A stretch of DNA of 32,000 bases from Clostridia bacterium (GCA_017416485.1 JAFQCH010000009.1:81654-113653); one strand, 5' to 3'; positions 1 through 9,096 are shown, numbered from the stretch's first letter. Translations and numbers: made by a program. The notes: generated by a model from the letters alone, not told the origin.

Positions 1-241
1 CTTCGCGGTCTGCATCCGCTTCGGTAAGAGCGACCGCATAATAATATGTTCCAACATGTAAGCCCGCCTCCTTTGCCTTGCGGTAGTTTTCTTCAAACCG
101 TGCATCCTTGTTGAGTGTGTGGCTACTGCCGTAGCCGGTGAAGCCGCAACGGATGATCACGTTTTCAATACCCGCGGCTTTGACTCTGCGAAAGTCAATG
201 GCGCCGTTGTGGGTACTGACATCAATAACCTGTGTTGCCAT
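1..241 (-). CDS. Phage endolysin, glycoside hydrolase family 25 (lysozyme/muramidase); N-terminal part only, gene runs off the left window edge
   Basis: Absent from the ORF track because it is truncated. Hand translation from ATG at 241..239 gives MATQVIDVSTHNGAIDFRRVKAAGIENVIIRCGFTGYGSSHTLNKDARFEENYRKAKEAGLHVGTYYYA..., matching the GH25 N-terminal pattern (DVSxHNGxIDFxxVKxxGIxxVIIRxG ... GxYYY). An AGGAGG RBS lies just upstream on the minus strand (about 248-253). It is the last gene of the phage operon. Confidence 0.8.
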   Translation of the reverse strand, partial: MATQVIDVSTHNGAIDFRRVKAAGIENVIIRCGFTGYGSSHTLNKDARFEENYRKAKEAGLHVGTYYYAVALTEADADRE

Positions 242-256
242 AAAAACACCTCCTTT

Positions 257-964
257 TTATGCAGTTGCACTTGCCACTTCGGCAAACTCAATTGTTTCAT
301 CCTCGTGAACGGTCAGCTCAAAACTTCTGCCTTTGTAAAGCACGGGGAACGTGCAAATTCTTGCAAATTGATCATATCGCATATCATTTGCAAAAATCTG
401 CCCCATAAAGGCCTGATCCAGAACAGGATTTGCATAACTGTGCAAACACGCTTTTACGGGACTCCAAACATCTGCCGCATCAAACAAATCGCTGATTGTG
501 ATACCTTCCTGCATTACAGTGAAATCATTCGATCCCATGCAACCGAGATGTATTATGCCGCCGCCTGCGTATGACAGTTCTTCCTGCACCGTATCATGAA
601 CCGATTGTATTGTTGCTAACTGATCGTGCTTTTCCCTTGTTATACTGCCGTCGGAATTGACGGCAAGCAGTTGACTTGCCGGAAAAGAATCCCCGTTCGG
701 CACTATTGCATCTATTTTAAGTTTTGTGTCGGAAATTGAAAGCATGCTTGCATATCCGAAATAATAAAAATAGCCATATTTAAAGCTCAGTATTTTGCCG
801 CTTTGACAAGCCGCCTTTAACTCATCAAATGTGCAGGAAATAGTATCTTTGCCGGTAACAGAGTCGTAATAAACGTCAAAATAAAACACATCACGATCTG
901 CATTTCCGCCGCCTGCAGCATCACGGATCTGCTTTTGTAAAGCAGCATATGTTACCATATCCAT
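257..964 (-). CDS. Phage hypothetical protein (235 aa), immediately upstream of the endolysin; possible distal virion or host-recognition protein
   Basis: ORF track. A GGAGG RBS (GGAGGTAAGCGT-ATG) sits inside the end of the preceding gene. There is a 4-nt gap to the upstream ORF and 15 nt to the endolysin. No TM segment, so not a holin. I recognise no family motif. Confidence 0.6.
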   Translation of the reverse strand: MDMVTYAALQKQIRDAAGGGNADRDVFYFDVYYDSVTGKDTISCTFDELKAACQSGKILSFKYGYFYYFGYASMLSISDTKLKIDAIVPNGDSFPASQLLAVNSDGSITREKHDQLATIQSVHDTVQEELSYAGGGIIHLGCMGSNDFTVMQEGITISDLFDAADVWSPVKACLHSYANPVLDQAFMGQIFANDMRYDQFARICTFPVLYKGRSFELTVHEDETIEFAEVASATA

Positions 965-968
965 ACGC

Positions 969-1259
969 TTACCTCCACATTCCGCCGCACAGGAACTTCA
1001 CAACCCCTGTGCTCATAATAAAGCAGTAGCTGCCGTCGGCAATGCCTGTAACAGGAAGTCCGGCAACTGCTGTTTCATCGGCAACGAAGTAGCCGACAAG
1101 ACAGTCGCACTGCTGCACTGCCGCCTGCGCCACCGCATCCGACACCGTCAGCTCCACACCGACAGGCAGGCTGTAAACCGTGCGCTCGCCGTCTTCTTTT
1201 ACTGCTACATCCACCGTCCCGCACACCTGCGAGCCGGTGATGATGGTCAATTTTGTCAT
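969..1259 (-). CDS. Phage hypothetical protein (96 aa)
   Basis: ORF track. Strong RBS AAAAAGGAGGATTTAATTT-ATG. Same strand and tight spacing with its neighbours. No TM segment. Confidence 0.6.
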   Translation of the reverse strand: MTKLTIITGSQVCGTVDVAVKEDGERTVYSLPVGVELTVSDAVAQAAVQQCDCLVGYFVADETAVAGLPVTGIADGSYCFIMSTGVVKFLCGGMWR

Positions 1260-1359
1260 AAATTAAATCCTCCTTTTTTATTTTATGTTTCATCTTCTTC
1301 GGTGTCACAAAACACCTCAATTTCCGCAAAATCTTGCGGCACATAAATGGTCTGCACTG

Positions 1360-1692
1360 CTATTCCTCCTTTGTTGCGGCATACACGCAAAGCACATTGT
1401 CGATTGAGGGCAACAGGCAGTGCAATGCCCCGTCTTCATCCTGCAAAAGCAATTCCCACGTGTAAATGCCCGGCAAAATATCCAGATCCTGCAAATTGCA
1501 ATAAAGTATTGCGTGCCCGTCCGCATACGCATCGGGGCGTTCGGGCGGCATGCTGTGTTCAAGCAGAACCGAGCCCTGATCGGTTGCAACCAGGGCTCTG
1601 AAAATGACCCGTTGGTTTTCGGTCAATCTGCGATTTTTCAAAACAAACTCCGCCGCAATAACACACTTTTGCCCTACGTTGATTCTTGGCAT
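1360..1692 (-). CDS. Phage hypothetical protein (110 aa)
   Basis: ORF track. RBS AAGGGGGAATCGT-ATG. Starts 11 nt after the stop of the upstream 254-aa ORF. Confidence 0.6.
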   Translation of the reverse strand: MPRINVGQKCVIAAEFVLKNRRLTENQRVIFRALVATDQGSVLLEHSMPPERPDAYADGHAILYCNLQDLDILPGIYTWELLLQDEDGALHCLLPSIDNVLCVYAATKEE

Positions 1693-1703
1693 ACGATTCC
1701 CCC

Positions 1704-2468
1704 TTATCCTCGCCCCGTCAGCGCTTTGAGGATCTGGCTTTTTCCCTTTTCCGTAATCTGCCCGTAAGAGATTTGCCGATCCAGATATCTGACAAGCGCG
1801 GCATAGCCGTATGTGTAATATGTTTCTTCCGCCGTATTCTGAATGGTCACACTGATTTTTTCGGGTGCATTCTCTTTTTCCTTTGCAGCCGAAAGCAATG
1901 CGGAAATATCAATTCCCGCTTCTTGCAGGTAAGAAAAATCACCGAGCTGCGCCATTTTGTAAGCAAATGAAAGCGCATCCTGCTGTTTTTCATAGTCTGC
2001 TTTCTGCGACTCCTGTTCGCGTTTGTATGCCTCTTTTTCTGCATCCTGCAAACGTGTATATTCCTCTTCTTCACGGCTCGATATCATCTTGTAGATATCG
2101 GCTTTGCGGTCATTTTCCTGTTTGTAACGGTCATAGGCATTTTCGTAAATCTGCAAGGCCTTGTCCTGCAGTTTGAGCATATAATCGTCATACGTTTGCG
2201 CCGCAACGGACTGTGCATAGGAATTGGCATAGCCGCCCGTCAGGCTCACCGCTTTGCCGAACGCATCGGCGGCCGATTCTTCCCCCCGGAGGCTGTAAGA
2301 ATCGCGATATTGCCGATACAGCGCATCTGCGTTCAAATCGAATTCAAACGGCTGTGTATGCAGTAATTCTTCCAGCAAGGCATCGCGCAGAATTCCCAAA
2401 TCGCCTTTAACGGCAGAAGCAGCCTGTTCGGGCAAAAGTTCTTCTTCAGGTTTCTTTTTATTGCTCAT
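1704..2468 (-). CDS. Phage coiled-coil protein (254 aa), charged E/K/Q/D-rich central region
   Basis: ORF track. RBS AAAGGAGGAAAC-ATG. The heptad-like charged stretch (EEEYTRLQDAEKEAYKREQESQKADYEKQQD) suggests a coiled coil. Function unknown (internal, ejection or assembly protein are guesses). Confidence 0.65.
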   Translation of the reverse strand: MSNKKKPEEELLPEQAASAVKGDLGILRDALLEELLHTQPFEFDLNADALYRQYRDSYSLRGEESAADAFGKAVSLTGGYANSYAQSVAAQTYDDYMLKLQDKALQIYENAYDRYKQENDRKADIYKMISSREEEEYTRLQDAEKEAYKREQESQKADYEKQQDALSFAYKMAQLGDFSYLQEAGIDISALLSAAKEKENAPEKISVTIQNTAEETYYTYGYAALVRYLDRQISYGQITEKGKSQILKALTGRG

Positions 2469-2605
2469 GTTTCCTCCTTTGCAAGTGCCCGCAATGCGCG
2501 CACATCGGCACGGATTTCCTCCAGCAGACGAAGAATCTGCCTGTCATTGTAATCCGAGCGATCGCCCCGCATCAGTTCGGCACTGCGTTCTCTTTCGTTA
2601 TGCAC
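2465..2605 (-). CDS. Possible small phage ORF (46 aa, GTG start) bridging the 626-aa and 254-aa genes
   Basis: Found by hand and too short for the track. GTG at 2605..2603 follows AAAGGAGAGATAAACC. Translation: (M)HNERERSAELMRGDRSDYNDRQILRLLEEIRADVRALRALAKEET. It overlaps the upstream stop (GTGCATAA) and the downstream start (ATGA). Otherwise a 130-nt gap would exist in a gap-free operon. Confidence 0.3.
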   Translation of the reverse strand: MHNERERSAELMRGDRSDYNDRQILRLLEEIRADVRALRALAKEET

Positions 2606-4478
2606 GGTTTATCTCTCCTTTCGCGTTTTCAAAGATGATTACAACATCGCGGATGGTGCATGCCCCGTGCCCGTAAAAATACAACTGCAACGTTTCGCAC
2701 GGCAGCACATTGGCATGCAGCACCCTGCGGCGCAATCCTTTGCCGGTGAATCTGCCCAGTTGCCTGCGTTCGCCGCGGTCGGTGCGCAGTTCAACGCAAA
2801 ACAGTGAAGCGTCACCAAGTTCAAACCGCACCGCAACCTCGCGAATACATTTTGTTTTCAGCGTTCCGCAGTCGAGTTCATTGGTCAGTGCATGCCAACG
2901 GATATCCGTTTCGGGGGCATAGCCGTAATCCGATTCCTGCGTACCTTCCGTCAGGAGGCAGTTTGTGTATTTATCGGGCGCATTCACGTCACTCACGCAG
3001 ATCATCATCCAATACAGGCTGATGCCCGCAATCAGTGTGGTGCTCGGAATGCACAGCATGTAAAGGCTGTTGCGCTGGGTTACAAAGTGCTGCACGTTAA
3101 TTCCATTGTCTTCGCAATGGTAGGTATCCCTGCCCGCAGTGAAAACAAACATGCACTTTTCGCCGTTCTGCCTGTGTGCGGCAAGGTAATATTTTTCACC
3201 GATGACGCCGCCGACCGCCTGTTCGAGCGCCGTGGGCGGAAACCCGTCGCACAGGCGAACAGTGTAAATACCGTTGGTGCGATACACACCGTCCGTGCCG
3301 CAATAAACAACACTTGAACCAAGACGGGCAATGCTGCGCTCGCACCCTGCGCGCACGCCTCTGCCCTCGTTGTGCGCAACGCGATAATCCGACGGCTGTG
3401 TGCCCGACACGCAGAACACGCTGTTTTCCTTGAAAAACACAACATCGTCATACAGCACCGCCGCCCCCGTAAAGACACCCGGCGCACCGACTGAAACGGT
3501 GTAACAGTCATCCGCACCCGTGCCGAAGCGATTCCAGGTCAGCGGGTCACCGAGGGCACTGCAGAAAATTTCGTTGATGTGTTCACCGTCCGCATTTTCT
3601 CCGTAGCGGCATCCCCACACACGGTTGCCGCACACAACAGCATGGTCAATGGCGGGAAAAGGCTTGTGCACATGCAAGCCATCTCCCTCGCTCGTGTCTG
3701 CAAAAATATCACCTTTCACAAGAATCATATTGACTTCTGTTTTAAAAATACGGGCATTGCGCATATAAAATTGCCCCGGCGCGGTGATATCCACATAATC
3801 ACCGACACTGAACGTTTCATCCACATCGGGAATGATAAAAAACCAACCGTCCTGTTCTGTCGGCTCCCATTCTCCTGCATCGTTCTTGTCTTTCAGAACA
3901 GCAGGAGAAACAGAAGTGTCGATCCACTGATAAATCTCGTTGGGGCCGGTCGGCGCAACGGAACTGACCGTTGCATATCTTTTTTTTACCTCCCCTTCGC
4001 AACCGCCCATATTGAACATCGATCCTGCCAAAGACACGGTGGCTCCGGCCTCGCGTTTTTGCCACACACCCTCGGCATCCTTATGCAGAAACACACCGTC
4101 GGGCACAATGAACAGATCCTTACCCATCGGAAGCAATTGCTTGCGGGCGGCGTTCTGCAAAGTGATATCGCCAAGCGGTTTGCCGCCGATATATATTTTT
4201 TCTCCTGCCGTCCAGCACAAGCCCTCTTCCAACGAACACGCACCGCTGATAGGATCATTGAGCACAAAAACACCGCTGTTGGTTTCGTTCTGCTCTTCAT
4301 TCAGCAGATGCCAACGCCCGCGCGGCGGTCGGGTCTTCCAGAAGGGCTTGCCGTCGCTTGTCAGATTGTGCGCATCCTGCAACGTTCTTTCATCGGCAAA
4401 CGAACTGCGGTCAATGCCGTCCATTGTGCCGAGCTGAAAACTGTGGCGCGCAATATTTTTTTGTTTTGCATAACGCAT
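2598..4478 (-). CDS. Large phage virion protein (626 aa); candidate tail/nozzle or other tail-machine protein
   Basis: The ORF track gives 2598..4541. I choose the internal ATG at 4478 (MRYAKQKNIAR...) because it follows AAGGGAGGACTTTGCT, whereas the upstream extension overlaps the preceding gene. It is the largest protein of the module and lies after the head genes. It is rich in G/V/Y/C beta-type segments (e.g. VVYCGTDGVYRTNGIYTV). The functional assignment is positional only. Confidence 0.7.
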   Translation of the reverse strand: MRYAKQKNIARHSFQLGTMDGIDRSSFADERTLQDAHNLTSDGKPFWKTRPPRGRWHLLNEEQNETNSGVFVLNDPISGACSLEEGLCWTAGEKIYIGGKPLGDITLQNAARKQLLPMGKDLFIVPDGVFLHKDAEGVWQKREAGATVSLAGSMFNMGGCEGEVKKRYATVSSVAPTGPNEIYQWIDTSVSPAVLKDKNDAGEWEPTEQDGWFFIIPDVDETFSVGDYVDITAPGQFYMRNARIFKTEVNMILVKGDIFADTSEGDGLHVHKPFPAIDHAVVCGNRVWGCRYGENADGEHINEIFCSALGDPLTWNRFGTGADDCYTVSVGAPGVFTGAAVLYDDVVFFKENSVFCVSGTQPSDYRVAHNEGRGVRAGCERSIARLGSSVVYCGTDGVYRTNGIYTVRLCDGFPPTALEQAVGGVIGEKYYLAAHRQNGEKCMFVFTAGRDTYHCEDNGINVQHFVTQRNSLYMLCIPSTTLIAGISLYWMMICVSDVNAPDKYTNCLLTEGTQESDYGYAPETDIRWHALTNELDCGTLKTKCIREVAVRFELGDASLFCVELRTDRGERRQLGRFTGKGLRRRVLHANVLPCETLQLYFYGHGACTIRDVVIIFENAKGEINRA

Positions 4479-4492
4479 AGCAAAGTCCTCCC

Positions 4493-4864
4493 TTAAAAAT
4501 GCACCTGTGTATTGCGCAACGGCGTATAGGTACGGTTGCACTCGGCGGCAAAGGAATCAAAGGTGTTGGCATACAGGGCGGCGGCATTGTTGTAGCGTTC
4601 GGCATTGCCGCGCACAAGCTCTGCCATGGCAGACAGATATTCTATGTATATCTTCTCATACGGAAACGGAACAAGCAGTTGCGTGTCGCCCGGCGTGGCA
4701 AGAATATAACCCGTGAATGCCGTTGGCGGTGCTTGCTTGTAAAGGGACAGAATTTCCTCATAAACCATGCCGTCGAGTTCCGAGAGCCATGCCAGTTTCT
4801 GTTCATAAGTGATTTCATTGGGATACAGCGTATCAAAGCGGGCAATGGCTTGTTTGATCGTCAT
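4493..4864 (-). CDS. Phage hypothetical protein (123 aa), positionally a head-tail adaptor or head-completion candidate
   Basis: ORF track (MTIKQAIARFDTLYPNEITYEQKLAWLSELDGMVYEEI...). It lies two genes downstream of the capsid gene with tight spacing. The function is positional inference. Confidence 0.55.
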   Translation of the reverse strand: MTIKQAIARFDTLYPNEITYEQKLAWLSELDGMVYEEILSLYKQAPPTAFTGYILATPGDTQLLVPFPYEKIYIEYLSAMAELVRGNAERYNNAAALYANTFDSFAAECNRTYTPLRNTQVHF

Positions 4865-4875
4865 AGCCGTTCTCC

Positions 4876-5106
4876 TTATTCATTGGCAACGGCATTGATG
4901 AAACGCTCTGCTTCCTGACCCGCCTGCACGGAATGGGCAATCACTTCCGCAAATGCAGGCGGCACTTCCACCACTTCACCTTTACGGATGAGCATTCTTC
5001 TGCCGTTGACGGCCACAAAAAGGGCATCGTCATTTTTGTCGGTTTTGGGAATAAAAACAGGAACGGTTGTCGTTTCTGCTGCGGGATTCTTTTTCTTGTT
5101 TGCCAT
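4876..5106 (-). CDS. Small phage protein (76 aa) downstream of the major capsid gene
   Basis: The track ORF 4876..5238 would overlap the capsid gene end and the hairpin. The internal ATG at 5106 (MANKKKNPAAETTTVPVFIPK...) is preceded by GAAGGAG plus 8 nt. Confidence 0.55.
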   Translation of the reverse strand: MANKKKNPAAETTTVPVFIPKTDKNDDALFVAVNGRRMLIRKGEVVEVPPAFAEVIAHSVQAGQEAERFINAVANE

Positions 5107-5137
5107 AATTAAAACTCCTTCAAATAATTTTTTGTTT

Positions 5138-5159
5138 GGGGTGCGTTTGACCGCACCCC
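5138..5159 (-). promoter_or_regulatory. GC-rich stem-loop directly after the major capsid gene (mRNA 3'-stabiliser or partial attenuator candidate)
   Basis: GGGGTGCG-6 nt-CGCACCCC, a perfect 8-bp stem 15 nt downstream of the capsid stop. On the coding (minus) strand it is followed by an A-rich tract rather than a U-tract, so it is not a canonical terminator there. On the plus strand it is followed by TTTT. Confidence 0.35.
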
Positions 5160-5173
5160 TTTTGCAATGAAAA

Positions 5174-6451
5174 TCAGTTGGTTTCTGCGGTTGCGGAGAA
5201 TTCACTGCCCGATTCATAGCGGAGCAGATATTCTTCAATCAGTCTCTTTGCGACCTTGGTGGCTTTCCAGCCAACGGAGCTTCTCTGGTTCAACGGGTCG
5301 TTGCCGTAGCCGCGCTGTTTGACGATGTGTTCAAGGCCGCCGCCTTCGATATCGGTGACACCGTAGGCATTTTCGCCGAGGAACAAGGTGCAGAATACGG
5401 CAGAACCGTCCTTGCCGCCGCCGACACCGCAGATGAGTGCATCCGTCTCGAGATTATTCACGGCGGTGCCGAGGGTAAGCACGGTTTCGCCGTTGGTGTT
5501 TTCGATGGCGGTCACGGTGTTTTCGATGCCGTTTACATACACCGCGATGGGTTCTGCAAAGGTTGCGGGTGCAAGATTTTCAGCAACCGTTACCTTGCTT
5601 GCGGATGCAGACACTGCATTCTTGAGATGCAGACGGCTGAAACCTTCGGCAATTTCGGCAGGACCGTAAATCTTGGCTTCGGTGGATTCCACAAAACGAA
5701 CCCCTGCAAGGGTGCCGACTTCACCGCGCAAAATGGTTTCGGGTTTTGCATACTTCTGAATGCCGACCCACTGCTCGCCTGCATCCTGCATCAGATCGTA
5801 AGCAACATAAGGGTGGATGATGGCAACATAATGAGTGCCGATCTTGGGTGCATTCATTGCCTTAAGTTCGGCCGCGGCACGGAAAACATCCTTCACACGC
5901 AGTCTGCACTTTTCCGAAATGTCAGCACGGGAGGTGATTTCCGTGACGGTGTCGCCCTCCACGCTCGGTGCATAGCAGACATTGGTGCCGCCGATGATTT
6001 CGTTTCTGACAACGGTGTCAAGGGTAAGACCCGCCTGCCCTGCCAGTTCCTTGGTAGCTTCGACGATGGTGTTGTCCACAGCGGTCAGTTCGAGCATATC
6101 GGTCTGTTCAATGTAGTCACCGTACTGATCGACCGTGCAGGTCACACCCGTGACGGACAGCTTGTTGCCTGCGGGGGTAATGCCTTCGGTGATGGCCTTG
6201 AGTGCCTTGGGAAGGCGCGAGAACTTGCGGAACTGAATGGTTTTGCCGTTGTTGGCAGGAATGGGACGCTTCTGACCGAACTGCTCATGCACAAGGTTTG
6301 CACTGGCAAGGGTGATGAGGGTCTTGTCATAAAACGTCTTCATTTCCGCAGAAAGTGCGGAAGAATCGGTGATGTTGCCGTTTTCCATAACACCGCCGGT
6401 GGTGTTGATGACCTCACCTGCGGCAAAAAACTGTAAATTAAAATGCTTCAT
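5174..6451 (-). CDS. Major capsid protein, HK97 fold, N4-gp56-like family (425 aa)
   Basis: The start is moved to ATG 6451 (MKHFNLQFFAAGE...), which follows AAAGGAGA plus 10 nt. The track start at 6478 is a TTG with no RBS. Motifs recalled for the N4-gp56 capsid family are present: FYDKTLI..A...LVHEQFGQKRPIP.NNGKTIQFRKF. It sits after the scaffold gene. Confidence 0.85.
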   Translation of the reverse strand: MKHFNLQFFAAGEVINTTGGVMENGNITDSSALSAEMKTFYDKTLITLASANLVHEQFGQKRPIPANNGKTIQFRKFSRLPKALKAITEGITPAGNKLSVTGVTCTVDQYGDYIEQTDMLELTAVDNTIVEATKELAGQAGLTLDTVVRNEIIGGTNVCYAPSVEGDTVTEITSRADISEKCRLRVKDVFRAAAELKAMNAPKIGTHYVAIIHPYVAYDLMQDAGEQWVGIQKYAKPETILRGEVGTLAGVRFVESTEAKIYGPAEIAEGFSRLHLKNAVSASASKVTVAENLAPATFAEPIAVYVNGIENTVTAIENTNGETVLTLGTAVNNLETDALICGVGGGKDGSAVFCTLFLGENAYGVTDIEGGGLEHIVKQRGYGNDPLNQRSSVGWKATKVAKRLIEEYLLRYESGSEFSATAETN

Positions 6452-6483
6452 AAAGAATGAATCTCCTTTCAAATTCAAAAAAA

Positions 6484-7068
6484 TCAGAATGTAATTTTGT
6501 CGCCTTTGCCGACACGTTCAAGAATGCGGATGATATCCGTTTGTGTCAGGTTATCGACGCGTTTTTCGGTGGGCAGCCCCGCTTTGCGGTCGGAAAGACC
6601 GTTTTCCTGCGGGCGGTCTGCGGTGGTGAACATGGCATTCGCCGTTTTTTCGGCGGCTTTGCGTGCGGCATACTGCATGGCGGCAGTGAGAATCTGCGGC
6701 AGATGCGTGACCTCATACGCCTGTCGCACGCTGACACCCGCACGAAGCAGATTGCCGAAATCCTCATTGCCGTTGTACAGCTCCGAAAAGGAAAAGGACG
6801 GATAAAATTCCTTGAGTCGCTCGCCCTGCGCCTGCCAATCCTGCATGCGCATTCTGCCGTCGGCGATGCGTTGCATCTGCCGCAAGGTCTGCTCATCGGG
6901 CAAAGCGGGCTCTTCACTCTGCACGGGCTGTTCCGGCTGTGCAGGTGCATTTTCCTGCGTTTCGGCGGCGGTGTTTTCTGCGGCTTCGGCTGCATTCGTT
7001 GCGGACTCGTCCCCTGCAACGGCTTCGGCTGCATCCCCGGCAAAAAACTGCAAGTTCATTTTTTTCAT
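6484..7068 (-). CDS. Capsid scaffolding protein (194 aa)
   Basis: Start at ATG 7068 (MKKMNLQFFAGD...), preceded by GGAGA plus 7 nt and overlapping the Prp stop as ATGA. The protein is acidic with an A/E/Q-rich low-complexity N-half and lies between the protease and the capsid gene. It carries the same NLQFFA N-terminal motif as the capsid protein. Confidence 0.75.
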   Translation of the reverse strand: MKKMNLQFFAGDAAEAVAGDESATNAAEAAENTAAETQENAPAQPEQPVQSEEPALPDEQTLRQMQRIADGRMRMQDWQAQGERLKEFYPSFSFSELYNGNEDFGNLLRAGVSVRQAYEVTHLPQILTAAMQYAARKAAEKTANAMFTTADRPQENGLSDRKAGLPTEKRVDNLTQTDIIRILERVGKGDKITF

Positions 7069-7412
7069 ACTGTCATCTCCTTTTCTTTTACATATCTGTG
7101 GCAATTGAGATGCGGACTGTATTCCTCTTCTATGCGGCAAAGGCCGCCGTAAACGAGCTCAAATGCCGTTTCGACCCCTGTTTTTGCAGATGCGGCTGTG
7201 GCTTCAGCGCGGAAAACGCCATCTCCCCACGAGCAAAAATAAGTCTGCGCCATCCCCGTTTTCTGCAGGTTGTCCAGTGCGATTTCCAGCGCCCCGCACA
7301 GCGCCGAAATGCCCGCACAAACAATGTCCTTGCCTTTTTCACCGTACCCTGCATGCCCCGAACAGCACAGAGAAAAGGTGTTTTCATTGCGTTCAAACAC
7401 AACTTTTGTCAT
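7065..7412 (-). CDS. Prp-like cysteine protease (ribosomal-processing cysteine protease / DUF464 family), phage-encoded prohead maturation protease
   Basis: The 115-aa sequence MTKVVFERNENTFSLCCSGHAGYGEKGKDIVCAGISALCG... contains the family His/Cys signature (SGHAG ... DIVCAxxS). ATGA overlaps with the portal stop and the scaffold start. Confidence 0.8.
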   Translation of the reverse strand: MTKVVFERNENTFSLCCSGHAGYGEKGKDIVCAGISALCGALEIALDNLQKTGMAQTYFCSWGDGVFRAEATAASAKTGVETAFELVYGGLCRIEEEYSPHLNCHRYVKEKEMTV

Positions 7413-9076
7413 TGCGTACCTCCTGCGGGGAATGCGGGCATCATGCTCTGCTGTGCTTCGTAAACAGCTCCGTTGCGCGAAACGGCGGCAACGATCTTAT
7501 CCTTGTTTTCAATATCAAGCAGTTCAAGACAAGCCAAAGCCTGTTTGTAACGTGCGGGATCGAACAGTCCCATCTGAAAAAAGTTGATCGCATCCTGATT
7601 CTGCGCACTGCGTGAGAACGGATTCTGCTTGTGTGCTTTCACACGCACATCGAACACGGGCATTCTGTCACCGTAAACCACACCGAAATCGCTGACCTGC
7701 GGACGGGCAAGCATCTGGCTGTTGTCAAGCGAAACATACTGCGCGGCCCCGTTGGGGTCGGTGATGCGAAGCATGCGAGGCGTGGAGTAAAACTGACGGA
7801 TAAGCTCAATGATCAACTCGCATACCTGCACGAACACACGGTAGGATGCACCGATCATATCCCTGCCGACCTTGTTGCCCGATTCCTGCAAGGCGGAAAT
7901 TGCAACGCCCGAGGTGACACCGCCCATGGTGCCGCCCTGAATAAAATCACGGTTGGCGCTGGTTTCCTTGAGTTCGTCGATTTTCGACTGCAAAACGGAA
8001 AGATAAACACCCGACAGCGGCTGCGCCGTGATTTCACGCAGGCTTTCTTCCCCGAGGGAGGAACCGCTGACATGCACAAAATCCTTGCTCCAGTCGGCAA
8101 ATTCCGCTTCGTTGACAGCGCCGTCCGTGCGGGCAAAATAACGTCGTCTTGCCGACATACGGGCATTGCGCAGAATTTCGGTGCCGAGCACATCAATGGC
8201 TTCCTGCGCATCCTTCATCACATCAATGAAGCCGAATCCGACGGGGGTCCCCTCCTCCTTGAACAGGGTGTCAAGAACAAAAGGATATTTTCCGTGGTCA
8301 TAGAATCCGTTTGCAAAGCGGGGGTCGTTTTCGCTTGCAAACAAAACTTCGTGACCTACGAATTTGCAGTAATGCAGAACCGTTCTGCCGCCGACACGGC
8401 GCTTGTAGTACCAATCAACAACGGCGGATTTGTTGTTGAGGTCTGCGTTGTCGTCGTTGGCATACTGCTTTACATCCACAAGCGGCTGTTGCAACTTGCC
8501 TTCGAGGAAGGGGTATTCTTCCAGCAGAACATCATTATCGACAATGCGCACATGGAACACATTGCGGCTGTCCTGCAAAGAACGCACACCCGGTTCCCAG
8601 AACAGATTGAGCATGTCGATCTGCGCCACTTCAATGTCGCCCCTGCCGTTGTCTGCTTGCGCATTCCACAGCACGGCATAGCAGGATGTGCCGTTTTTGA
8701 GCTTATACATGCAAGCATCGGAATACACATTCTCAAACCCGTTGTTTTCGAGGATAACGGGAATGACACTGCTTAAAAGTTCAGCCGTCTGCGCATCGGA
8801 CTGCTCACGGGGCAGCACCGTGCATTCGGGCAGTGCATCCATGAAATCGGCATGCTTGTTGATGATGGAATTGAACAGCCATGCCGAAGCATTTTTGCGG
8901 TTGGGGTTGTTTTTGTTGCGGTCCCAATGGCGCAGACGGAACCACATTTCGTTTTCGACAATGCGCTGTTCAAGCGTTGTCTTACCGCCCTTGTAGGTTT
9001 CAAGAATGTGTGCTGCCTGCTGCACCTGTCGGGCGGTGATGACGGGTGCGGGCTGTTTGGTCTTGTTTTCTTTCAT
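7409..9076 (-). CDS. Phage portal protein (555 aa)
   Basis: ORF track. RBS AAAGGAGATTTTCA-ATG. The size and the position directly after terL and before protease/scaffold/capsid are the canonical order. I recall no specific motif, so the call is positional. Confidence 0.75.
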   Translation of the reverse strand: MKENKTKQPAPVITARQVQQAAHILETYKGGKTTLEQRIVENEMWFRLRHWDRNKNNPNRKNASAWLFNSIINKHADFMDALPECTVLPREQSDAQTAELLSSVIPVILENNGFENVYSDACMYKLKNGTSCYAVLWNAQADNGRGDIEVAQIDMLNLFWEPGVRSLQDSRNVFHVRIVDNDVLLEEYPFLEGKLQQPLVDVKQYANDDNADLNNKSAVVDWYYKRRVGGRTVLHYCKFVGHEVLFASENDPRFANGFYDHGKYPFVLDTLFKEEGTPVGFGFIDVMKDAQEAIDVLGTEILRNARMSARRRYFARTDGAVNEAEFADWSKDFVHVSGSSLGEESLREITAQPLSGVYLSVLQSKIDELKETSANRDFIQGGTMGGVTSGVAISALQESGNKVGRDMIGASYRVFVQVCELIIELIRQFYSTPRMLRITDPNGAAQYVSLDNSQMLARPQVSDFGVVYGDRMPVFDVRVKAHKQNPFSRSAQNQDAINFFQMGLFDPARYKQALACLELLDIENKDKIVAAVSRNGAVYEAQQSMMPAFPAGGTQ

Positions 9077-9096
9077 TGAAAATCTCCTTTCAAAAA

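Noticed and set aside
1075-1344. 89-aa minus-strand ORF overlapping the 96-aa phage gene and filling the 100-nt gap at 1260-1359
   Set aside because: It overlaps the better-supported 96-aa ORF, which has a strong AGGAGG RBS, out of frame by about 185 nt. Its translation is Arg/Cys/Gly-rich. The gap more likely holds regulatory sequence; a small CCGCAA-N4-TTGCGG hairpin lies at about 1324-1339.
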